From positions 34 through 64,033 of the forward strand of contig CAZIYE010000002.1 in assembly GCA_964543385.1 (NCBI GenBank): a stretch of DNA of 64,000 nt, written 5' to 3'. Below, in pieces: positions 1 through 8,200 of this stretch (positions within the stretch are counted from its first letter, which is position 1; each line of letters opens with the position of its first letter). Below the pieces are notes generated by a model. The model was not told the DNA's origin. It worked only from the letters and a program-made list of their open reading frames with translations, and did not search any database. This stretch comes from an uncultured Candidatus Saccharibacteria bacterium (GTDB lineage: Bacteria; Patescibacteriota; UBA1384; XYA2-FULL-43-10; 1-14-0-10-43-13). A program made the position numbers and the translations under genes.

Positions 1-109
1 ATAGAGATGAGCAAGAAATCTACTAATAAATAACTAATTATAATAGTCACTTGCAAATTGACTTCTTCGGTATTTTTGTGTACAATAATCACATTATTGC
101 GATTTGTTT

Positions 110-185
110 CGGGGATTGGCTCAGTTGGTAGAGCGCCCGCTTTGGGAGCGGGAGGTCGTGAGTTCGAGTCTCGCATCCCCGACCA
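110..185 (+). tRNA. tRNA-Pro (anticodon TGG)
   Basis: Cloverleaf read by eye: acceptor CGGGGAT/ATCCCCG (C1:G72), D-stem GCTC/GAGC, anticodon loop TTTGGGA, T-loop TTCGAGT, encoded CCA. Confidence 0.9.
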
Positions 186-226
186 ATATCAATGAATATG
201 AAATACAAAATCATCCTCCCTGTATT

Positions 227-301
227 GCGGGTATCGTATAGCGGCTATTATGCGACCCTTCCAAGGTTGAGATGCGGGTTCGACTCCCGCTACCCGCTCC
301 A
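227..301 (+). tRNA. tRNA-Gly (anticodon TCC)
   Basis: Acceptor GCGGGTA/TACCCGC, anticodon stem CGACC/GGTTG with loop CTTCCAA, T-arm GCGGG-TTCGACT-CCCGC, encoded CCA. Confidence 0.85.
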
Positions 302-364
302 ATAAATAAGAGGAGGTGGTGTGGTTCGTTTTTTTTGTATCTGGTAAGATGGCAATTATCGACA

Positions 365-700
365 TTGATCCTTGCACCTTCTGTAGCTTTCTTCAAACAT
401 TCACCAAGTATTTGGGGCACAAAAGAAGATTGGATTTCAGCAATTGTAGCTAATCTGATAGGCGGCTGTATCTTTTTCTGGGTTGATATATTTATCTTTA
501 AGAGCAAAAGTATCGAGAAATGGGAAATACTCAAAAGCGGCAAGTGTCATGATTGCGGCAAGAGTGATTTAGTAAAAAGGTTAGTTATAGCGCCTGGCGG
601 GTATGACAAATCAGACGACGAAGAGCCAGAATATAGATGTGTTATGTGCTCAGAAAAGAAGTTAGTTCAGTTAAAGAAACTTAGGAAAATAGCATCGTAA
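365..700 (+). CDS. small membrane-associated zinc-ribbon protein (hypothetical); start uncertain (TTG at 365 assumed, since the ORF track start at 272 lies inside tRNA-Gly)
   Basis: Open frame between tRNA-Gly and tRNA-His; one hydrophobic segment (ISAIVANLIGGCIFFWVDIFIF) and a CxxC...CxxC pair (CHDCGK...CVMCSEKK). Confidence 0.4.
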   Translation: MILAPSVAFFKHSPSIWGTKEDWISAIVANLIGGCIFFWVDIFIFKSKSIEKWEILKSGKCHDCGKSDLVKRLVIAPGGYDKSDDEEPEYRCVMCSEKKLVQLKKLRKIAS

Positions 701-705
701 AATAT

Positions 706-781
706 GGCGGCCATAGTGAAGTGGTTATCACGGCAGTTTGTGGCACTGCAATGATGGGTTCAATTCCCGTTGGCCGCCCCA
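706..781 (+). tRNA. tRNA-His (anticodon GTG) with encoded G-1
   Basis: Acceptor GCGGCCA/TGGCCGC with an extra 5' G opposite discriminator C, anticodon stem GCAGT/ACTGC with loop TTGTGGC, encoded CCA. Confidence 0.85.
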
Positions 782-787
782 AAATTT

Positions 788-864
788 GCGTCCATAGCTC
801 AGCTGGATAGAGCGCCTGTCTTCGGAACAGGAGGTCGGGGGTTCGAATCCCTCTGGGCGTACCA
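788..864 (+). tRNA. tRNA-Arg (anticodon TCG)
   Basis: Acceptor GCGTCCA/TGGGCGT (G1.U72 wobble), anticodon stem CCTGT/ACAGG with loop CTTCGGA, T-arm GGGGG-TTCGAAT-CCCTC, encoded CCA. Its last 20 nt are duplicated at 974-993. Confidence 0.9.
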
Positions 865-869
865 GTAAG

Positions 870-2507
870 TTATACGATAAGAATTAAAGTTATTTGAGGC
901 AAATCTAGTCGATTTGTAGAGGGATGAGAACCACCGACAGATTTGAGAAGTGGGTTGGGGGACCCGCAGGTGAGAATCCCTCTGGGCGTACCAAGAAGGA
1001 CAGGCTTCCTTTGAAAAGCCAATAATGCAGTCCAGAAGGGACTAATCTCGGTGTTTAAGTAGTCATTTCCGTCCCATGGCAACCCATTAGGGTATATTGA
1101 ACACATGAGCGTGCGCTTCTGTTTTAGGTCAGATTTTAGGTAAGTTTCGGTGATATTTACAAGCTTTGTTTTGACAAAAATAGTGATGGCTTCCAAATTA
1201 TACTTTTGGATTAGGTCATCATTTTTTGTTACATTAAGAGCCTGAATCTTTTCTTCGACCTTTCTATTTTGCTCCTTAAAAATATCGTCAGAGTAAACTC
1301 CTTGGATATTTTTCTCAATCAGAATCTGGCGAAAGTCATAGAGCTTCTTTAACTCCGTATCAGCAATCTCGCGTCTTTTTTGCAGCGTTGTTAGCCGTTC
1401 GCGATATTTTTGTCGGAGCCAAGCATTAAAATAGTCTGCCGTCTCTGCTTTTGGTTTTATGCCACCCAACAGCTCCTCAGTTTTATCATCTATCTTCACT
1501 CGATTTGTATTCGTCCCTTTGCAGCGATGCGGGCAGAAATAGTAGGGATAGCGTTGGTTTTTGCCCTTGCACCAGCCGGCAGTTAAAGATGCACCGCAAA
1601 TACTACACTTAACAATTCGGCGGAGCGGGAAGTCTGGATTATCAACGTTTCTTCGGGCTAGTGGCTTAGAAATATTCACATTTCTTCCATCTAAGACCGC
1701 TTGCACCTTGTAAAATTGCTCCTCGGTTACCATCGCCGGATGCTGACCTTGAACTTCAAGGTTGTATTTTTTTGAAAAGACTTTTCCCATATAAAACTTG
1801 TTTTTAAATATTTTACTCAAAGTTTGCGCCCTGATCATGCCCTCCTTGCCGTCTCTTTTGCCGCCTTTAATTCCGGCATCTCTTAAGATTTGCGCAACCT
1901 CTTTCAATGTCTTGTGCTCGGTTGCTATCAAGTCCCATGCTTTTCTGACCAGATCGAAAGTTTCCGGATCTTTGACAGCGTAACCGCTTTGATTAAGATA
2001 GCCAAGCGGAACAAAGCCGTTGCTAAGTCCTGACATAAATCGAGCTTTCATACCATTTTTTGATCTCTCGCTTCTAACATCATTATCCATCTGCGCAAAA
2101 CCAGCGAGCATTGTTTCGATAAACTTTTCCGTTGGGCTGCTGCCAGTAGGCTCTGTCGCAGAAACCAGCTTAATATCACATTCAGCCAACTTCTTTCGGA
2201 TAGCCAAATAGTCGGCTGTTTGGCGTGAGATTCGATCTAGTCGATAGACAATAACTGCTTCCACCTCTTTCTTGTGCTGCCGGCAATATTCGAGCATTTC
2301 AAGCAGAGCAGGTCTGCCAGCAATTGTCTTTGCAGATTTGCCTTCATCTCGAAAGATTTCGCCAACTTCTAGCTTTCGTTTCTCGGCTTCTTTTTTACAA
2401 ATATTTTCCTGAGTTTCGAGAGAATAATTATCAACCTGTTCTTCGGTTGAAACCCGCAGATAGATTACCGCTTTCGAAGCTTGCGCCGGAAAAATGTTAT
2501 TCATCAC
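870..2507 (-). CDS. large serine recombinase (resolvase/invertase N-terminal catalytic domain + recombinase domain + zinc ribbon)
   Basis: N-terminal VIYLRVSTEEQ...YRLDRISR serine-recombinase catalytic motif; central recombinase domain; CSICG...CPHRC zinc ribbon followed by a coiled-coil-like region; SD GGAGGGG upstream. The C-terminal ~60 aa are low-complexity and read across the tRNA-3'-end repeat. Confidence 0.85.
   Translation of the reverse strand: MMNNIFPAQASKAVIYLRVSTEEQVDNYSLETQENICKKEAEKRKLEVGEIFRDEGKSAKTIAGRPALLEMLEYCRQHKKEVEAVIVYRLDRISRQTADYLAIRKKLAECDIKLVSATEPTGSSPTEKFIETMLAGFAQMDNDVRSERSKNGMKARFMSGLSNGFVPLGYLNQSGYAVKDPETFDLVRKAWDLIATEHKTLKEVAQILRDAGIKGGKRDGKEGMIRAQTLSKIFKNKFYMGKVFSKKYNLEVQGQHPAMVTEEQFYKVQAVLDGRNVNISKPLARRNVDNPDFPLRRIVKCSICGASLTAGWCKGKNQRYPYYFCPHRCKGTNTNRVKIDDKTEELLGGIKPKAETADYFNAWLRQKYRERLTTLQKRREIADTELKKLYDFRQILIEKNIQGVYSDDIFKEQNRKVEEKIQALNVTKNDDLIQKYNLEAITIFVKTKLVNITETYLKSDLKQKRTLMCSIYPNGLPWDGNDYLNTEISPFWTALLAFQRKPVLLGTPRGILTCGSPNPLLKSVGGSHPSTNRLDLPQITLILIV
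974..993 (+). repeat. 20-bp direct repeat of the tRNA-Arg(TCG) 3' end (GAATCCCTCTGGGCGTACCA); att-like duplication
   Basis: Exact match to 845-864, 129 bp downstream. Preceded by GGGGG like the tRNA T-stem but with a divergent T-loop. Lies inside the 3' end of the recombinase ORF (minus strand). Confidence 0.8.
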
Positions 2508-2833
2508 CCCTCCCTTAATACCTCTCTTAATGTTTTGTTATTGAAAATTTGTCTCTCAAATTCATCCATCCAACAGTCGAGCAGAAACTCAAATTCCGTT
2601 AAATGCGCTTGGAGTTCTGAGTCGGAAAGGCTGGTTGCAACATCACCGAGTATCTTTCTCGCCCTGGCTAATTTATTTTCTGCTTTATCAAAATCAAAGA
2701 TATTTTCGAGGGCTGATTCAATCGAGTTGTCTTTGTGTTCTGAAAAATTGACTGCTGGCTCTTTGACTACTGGATAATTAGTCACAAATTGAGTTCTTGC
2801 AATTGGATTTAGAAGTTGTAGTTGACCGGACAT
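2504..2833 (-). CDS. hypothetical protein (109 aa) adjacent to the recombinase; possible accessory/regulatory factor
   Basis: ORF with SD AGGAGG (complement of 2841-2846) and a 40-bp palindrome immediately upstream; no family recognised. Confidence 0.55.
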   Translation of the reverse strand: MSGQLQLLNPIARTQFVTNYPVVKEPAVNFSEHKDNSIESALENIFDFDKAENKLARARKILGDVATSLSDSELQAHLTEFEFLLDCWMDEFERQIFNNKTLREVLREG

Positions 2834-2848
2834 TGAACACCCTCCTAT

Positions 2849-2888
2849 CTATGACTATATCCATAGTTTACTATGGATATAGTCATAG
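2849..2888. promoter_or_regulatory. near-perfect 40-bp palindrome (CTATGACTATATCCATAG-tta-CTATGGATATAGTCATAG) directly upstream of the 109-aa gene
   Basis: 18-bp arms are exact reverse complements. Sits between the SD of the 2504-2833 gene and the end of the 2974-3771 gene. Candidate operator or recombination site. Confidence 0.6.
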
Positions 2889-2973
2889 TGTCAAGAGAAA
2901 TGGTCGATAGTTTATCAATAAAATAGCCAGTCCTAGAGTACAAATATAGGTGTTCAAATATACGCCAATTTAA

Positions 2974-3771
2974 CTACGCTTTTTCCCAAACATCACCGCC
3001 AGATTCATTCGATTTGAGGCTCTCTAGTAAGGCGAACTGAATCGTAAAATCAGCATCTGGGTACTCATCGGCTCTGAGTCTTCGAGTATACCTTTTGGCA
3101 TAAATTAGTAGGTACATCGAATGACAAACAAAAAGTAGAGTCGGGAATTCATCCTCTATGTTATCCTCCCAGCCATTGGAATAGTACAGATCAAAATATC
3201 TTTTAATTTTATTACGGACTAAGGCGAAAGAAGAATATCTCTCAATTACTTCTAATAGGTAATACATTGTCACACTTTTGTTACTTGCTCGCTTTGCAAA
3301 AAGAAGTTCGGGCTTAATCTTGGCCTCCGTCAGGAAACAATAATCCGAATATGGCTCAGCCAATTCTGTTTTGGTTATAACTGAAGAATTCTCCGCTTCC
3401 ATATTTTTATTTAAAAAAGCCAGGCTAAGATCAGCAAGCAAAAGGGCATCGGTAATATGACCAGATGATCCAGACCCTGCTTCTGTTGTTATCTTAGGGA
3501 AGTACTTAGGGGTGATGAGATATTTTTTCGACAAATACGGAAGACTGTTAGGAGCTAGGTAATAGATAGATGGCCTTGTTCTTTCGACATAGCCGTTTGA
3601 CCAGATTCTTTTTAGATATTCATTTTCTGTTAGGTCTTTAAGCCAGCTGTTTATTCTTCTATGATCTTTATGTTTTAGGAATGATTGTATCTGTATTCTG
3701 TTTAGGAATTTGAATTTATATATTAGAGTTAGGATTTCTTGTTGTTTAGTTGTTATTGTTTGATTTGTCAT
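2974..3771 (-). CDS. replication-relaxation family-like winged-HTH protein (plasmid/ICE-type)
   Basis: N-terminus TTKQQEILTLIYKFKFLNRIQIQSFL matches the Replic_Relax pattern (LTxxQxxIL..IY.FRFL...QI..L); size 265 aa. Confidence 0.5.
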   Translation of the reverse strand: MTNQTITTKQQEILTLIYKFKFLNRIQIQSFLKHKDHRRINSWLKDLTENEYLKRIWSNGYVERTRPSIYYLAPNSLPYLSKKYLITPKYFPKITTEAGSGSSGHITDALLLADLSLAFLNKNMEAENSSVITKTELAEPYSDYCFLTEAKIKPELLFAKRASNKSVTMYYLLEVIERYSSFALVRNKIKRYFDLYYSNGWEDNIEDEFPTLLFVCHSMYLLIYAKRYTRRLRADEYPDADFTIQFALLESLKSNESGGDVWEKA

Positions 3772-3821
3772 GTTTTTTTGATTGATTATTTTTAGGACGA
3801 GTATTATTTATTTTTTCCCTA

Positions 3822-3854
3822 ACCTACCTAACCATATATGTGTATAGGGTAGGT
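3822..3854. repeat. hairpin (ACCTACC ... GGTAGGT) with 19-nt AT-rich loop, flanked by CCTAACC repeats
   Basis: 7-bp perfect stem seen in sequence; sits in the non-coding stretch upstream of the Replic_Relax-like gene. Confidence 0.4.
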
Positions 3855-3903
3855 GCTAAATATTTTCAAATTTAGCTTCAAAAACCCATATTTTTTGCCA
3901 CAG

Positions 3904-3929
3904 ATGACTGGGACAATTGACTGGGACAA
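3904..3929. repeat. two tandem 13-bp direct repeats (aTGACTGGGACAA / tTGACTGGGACAA); iteron- or operator-like
   Basis: Adjacent copies identical in 12 of 13 nt, ~135 bp upstream of the Replic_Relax-like gene start. Confidence 0.5.
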
Positions 3930-4232
3930 AACACTGGCCATCTAATACATTGTATAACACAAAATATGAAGGCCTCCAAGCCCAGAATGAGTTATTATGA
4001 TATCTCTCTGAAACAGACTGAAAAATGCAGTTTTATTAAGCTGAAAAATTTCTCAGCTAATTCTTAGTTCTTACTATAGTATTGGTGTAGTTTTTAAAAG
4101 AGACTTTGTTATTTTGAAGAACTAGGGCAAAAATTAACTACATATCCAATTTTTGATATTATCTGTAAATACTGCTTAAGGGATTGTCTAGATAGTGTGG
4201 AATTTATGGATTTATTAGAGACCGATATTGTT

Positions 4233-5180
4233 TTAGGTACGGACATTTTGCACTTTTAGCCTGAGGACTTGATTCGGTGTTTTGCCGTTCAGTCCGCAGT
4301 GTTTTAAATCATTGTAATACATATTCCAAAGCTTTGCTTGGTATTTTAATTCCTCCTCTGTTTTGTATCTAATCTTCTCATAAAAACTCTCCTGATCAGA
4401 TCGATGACTTCTCTCAACGCAACCGTTTTGAGCTGGTTTGCCTGGGTCAATCAAGTAATGAGCGATATCTAATCTCTCGCACTCAATATCTAGCGGATGA
4501 AGGTTTGGGTTAAATGGATCTTTGCTCTTAAGATAGCCGGTGTATCTGTTTGTGAAGATGCTGCCATTGTCAGTCTTAATTGCTTTAATCCGGTACGGAA
4601 ACCTTTGAATTACCTCGTTTAGGAAGTTCAGAGCATCAACATTGGCTTGCTGGTCATAGATCTTTAGGTAGCGCCATCTGGAGGCGCAGTCTATGGCAGT
4701 GAACTGGTAATACCTCTTCTCGTTGATCTTATCTGGCACGTATTTGACATCGATCTCAATTAGTTCACCGGGCAGGAGTAGTGTCTTTGGCTTCTGTGGA
4801 TACTGCTTCCTTGTGCGGTATTTCCGAGTCAGGCCGTCTGTCTTTAGGATCTTGCCAATAGTTCTCTCGTGGAGAAAGATGCCTTCGTCCGCCAGATCCC
4901 ACTTGATCTTTAGAGCACACTCGTCGTTCATCTCGTGGCGCAGCTCCAGCACCCGTTCTTTGATTCTGATTGGCGTTTCGTTGGGCTGAGACCTTGGTCT
5001 GGTTGAGTGGTTTTCAAGGCCGGCCAATCCATCCTCTCGGTATTGTTTTAACCAATACTTAATGGCTCTTTCTGAGAAAGGACAGACCAAGGCAAGGTCT
5101 TTAATCTTCATCCTTTTTTCCAAGACAGGAGTAATCCATCTTAGTTTTTCTTCTTGTGTCGAATTGGGCATTATCTTCAT
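4233..5180 (-). CDS. IS481-family DDE transposase (HTH + integrase-core/rve domain)
   Basis: N-terminal HTH and HSTRPRSQP motif typical of IS481; DDE core with IKTDNGSIF ... NGCVERSHRS. Confidence 0.85.
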   Translation of the reverse strand: MKIMPNSTQEEKLRWITPVLEKRMKIKDLALVCPFSERAIKYWLKQYREDGLAGLENHSTRPRSQPNETPIRIKERVLELRHEMNDECALKIKWDLADEGIFLHERTIGKILKTDGLTRKYRTRKQYPQKPKTLLLPGELIEIDVKYVPDKINEKRYYQFTAIDCASRWRYLKIYDQQANVDALNFLNEVIQRFPYRIKAIKTDNGSIFTNRYTGYLKSKDPFNPNLHPLDIECERLDIAHYLIDPGKPAQNGCVERSHRSDQESFYEKIRYKTEEELKYQAKLWNMYYNDLKHCGLNGKTPNQVLRLKVQNVRT

Positions 5181-5220
5181 GCTCCAAGTTAACCAAAAAG
5201 TGCAAAAAGTGTGTACACAT
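4235..5220 (-). mobile_element. IS481-family insertion sequence (~980 bp) with imperfect ~21-bp terminal inverted repeats
   Basis: IRL GTACGGACATTTTGCACTTTT (4238-4257) against the reverse complement of IRR AAAAGTGCAAAAAGTGTGTAC (5196-5216). A single transposase ORF fills the element. No clear target-site duplication. Confidence 0.8.
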
Positions 5221-5232
5221 TACCATATTTAC

Positions 5233-5262
5233 TTGAAGAAATAGCGGCCACTATTGTATAAT
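5233..5262 (+). promoter_or_regulatory. putative sigma-70 promoter (TTGAAG - 18 nt - TGtTATAAT, extended -10) for the large surface-protein gene
   Basis: Hexamers read directly; located 16 nt outside the IS right end and 34 nt upstream of the ATG. Confidence 0.4.
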
Positions 5263-5295
5263 ATAAACAGTTGAAAAATTATCTTTGTGAGGGCC

Positions 5296-8200
5296 ATGAT
5301 TAAAAAAAGCAGTTACCTTAAAATTTGCTTCGTCATATTTCTAATTTTGGGAATTTCTTTTCCACCTGTTTCAAGAATTGCTAAAGCGAGTAATCCAACT
5401 TACTATGTTAGTGTTATCAATGGACAACTGAAATACCGTCTTGATAATTGGCCTGACGGAAGTAACGGCACTATTCCAAATCCGAGTGATTTAAACCAGT
5501 TATTCTTTGACCTGAACAATGACAAGAGTATAGTTCTTGATGCTGGCACATATTCTGGAACGTTGCTAGATGCCACAGACGGTATTGATATTGGGCGATC
5601 CGGACAACACATTCGCTCTGCTGTCAGTACTGATCCTGATTATGCAAATCGATTAGGCGAGGTAATCATCGATGGGGCAGGCATGAATGATGATGTTTTT
5701 GTTCTAAATGCCTCCAATAATATCTCCGGCATCACTATTCGGGGAGCTGATGGGGGAAAGAGAAACTTGGTTATCTCTAGTGGGACAGCAATTATCAATG
5801 ACATGATTTTGTCGGGCGGTGATTCCGGTTTTCTTTTTTCCGGTTCTAGTAATGTGACATTAAATCGTGTAAAAGTGAGTAACGTTAGCAGTTATATCGG
5901 CGATGTCAACGGAGCTTCGGCAAACACTACTTTTAATTATGGCCAATTTACCGACAATGCCAGTCCGATCAGAGTTTTTAATGGCAATTTGACAGTTAAT
6001 AATTCAACCCTTGCCGGCACAAAGAACGAAGCGATTTATATAGCTAATAACAATGGCCAGCAAGTCATGGTAAATAACAGCATTATTACAGCATCCAGTA
6101 CTGATAACGCCAATAAAAATGCAATTTTAAATAGCTCCTCAAATGCGAGTTGCACGGTAAACAATACTCTCATCCACTCAAATCCGATGAATGGGAATTA
6201 CTTAACTAGCGGCTGCACCTTAAACAATGCGACGACTGATGAAGCTGCTGGTTTCATTTCGCCAAAGAGGCAGGGAATGGTTTCGATTGTGATTGACGAC
6301 GCTGCTAGCAAAGACTGGTTCGGCACGATGGCCGACCTAGCTGAAGAGAGAAATTTCCGGCTTACTTGGGCCGTCGACACAAGATACATGTCAATTCATG
6401 AATACTGGGGTAGTGCTATCGATTTTGCAAACCGCGGCCATGAAATTGCTTCCCACTCCAGCTCTCATTCTTATCTGACAGAGTTAAGAGGTATTAATAT
6501 TCAGTACATTGGGACCGGTGCTGCGGCGACCTTGTCGATCGATGCTGCAACAAAAACCCTAACAACCTCTGTGGCTGACAAGCCATCCGATAACCTTTCT
6601 ATCAACTTAAACAATTACACACTTCATGGTCTAGCCAATTTTATTGCTAGTTCTAAGGGTGGTTCGGCCTACGTGGGCACAATTGCGTCAAGTAACAACA
6701 ATGAAGTTCCTGCCAGCATTTTAAGCACAGTTTCAAATCAAAGCATCAAAGAATCCATTTATATTGCCAATTTAAATGCTGATGCATACTACAGTTATGA
6801 AATACAAGGGTCAAAAACAGCAATCGAAACACAGATCGGCAATGGGTATGTGGTAAAATCTTTACACTATCCTTTCTGGCAAAGCAACTCTAACGTCAGA
6901 GACGCAGTCTCATCTGCCGGATATATTGGCGCAAGAGGCTTTGATGGTACTCGCTTGATTTCCGATATTGCCGCCTTTGAAACATACGGAATTCAAGTCG
7001 GAAACCTTTTTGGAGCTTTAAACACTAATCCAAACGAGACCCAAATAAAAGGAAGAGTTCATGCCTTGGCGCAATATCTTAATCATGTCGGTGGATTTAT
7101 CACGCTTGTTGCGCACAATAGCTTAATGGAGGGCGACTATACTCAACAGGAGTGGATCTGGGTGATGGACGCGCTAAAGGAAAGCGGTATTCAAGTTTTA
7201 CCATACGGCGAAGCAATAGAAGGGATAATTCAAGATGCAGAGTCTACCAGTGGAAGTGACGGGAGTCTTCATTATCTTAGAAGTCAATTGCACCTAGGAG
7301 ATCAATCGGATTATAGTCTGAGTCCTTTGTCGGTTGGAATAGATGCTGGTTCTAATCTTAGCCTAACAGCAGACTTTCTCGGGAATCCAGTTTATGGCTC
7401 CCCGGACCTTGGCGCTTTTGAATTTCAACCTAATTATCTCATTGGCGATGATCAAATTGACATAACTGCCGGCGCTAAAATCTATGCTGATGGCAAGTTT
7501 CGCAATCTTGGAACTAGCTCTGGAAATATCGCTGACTTAGTTGTCAAACCAGAGGGTGGCAATTTCAGTACTTATGGACAAAATGAAACTAGACCCGTCT
7601 GGCTTGAAATTGAGAATATTGTTTGGTCAAATACCGGCACCCGACATAAGCAATGGGTGGAAAACTCTGATTTCCCTGGTCTTACAAATACTTTGCATGT
7701 TGTTGGTGATTTGTTACCGAGTAAATTATATAATGTTAAAGTAGATAGCGTGCTCGGGCAGAATATTACGGGTGATGCATGTACTTCTGGTGTTTGCCGA
7801 TCTGACTCAAATGGGCAAATAACCTTCACCTATACAGGCACTTATTCTGCACACACCTTTGATATCGAAGAGGGTGATAATTTTGGACCTCAAATTGTGA
7901 GTGTCACCGCTGAAAACCAGGATGGTTATTATTATGCTGGCGACACTCTCAATATTCTAGTCGAGTTCTCTGAGAACGTAGCTGTTGCTGGGATTCCTCG
8001 ACTGCAGATGCGTACTAATAATGGAGATAAATATGCAAATTATTATTCTGGTAGCAACTCTTCTGTATTAGTATTCAATTATTTAGTCGAGATTGGCGAC
8101 CGGACTGATGATCTAGACTATTCTAATGTTGATTCTTTGGATCTTAATTCTGGAACAATCCGAGATTCTGTTGGTAATGATGCGGTTTTGTTATTGCCGC

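Noticed and set aside
189-543. Two minus-strand ORFs (189-377, 211-543) and the 5' part of the plus ORF 272-700
   Set aside because: They overlap tRNA-Pro and tRNA-Gly and have no SD or coding features; open frames by chance. Only the tRNA-free 3' part of the plus ORF was kept, as a low-confidence CDS.
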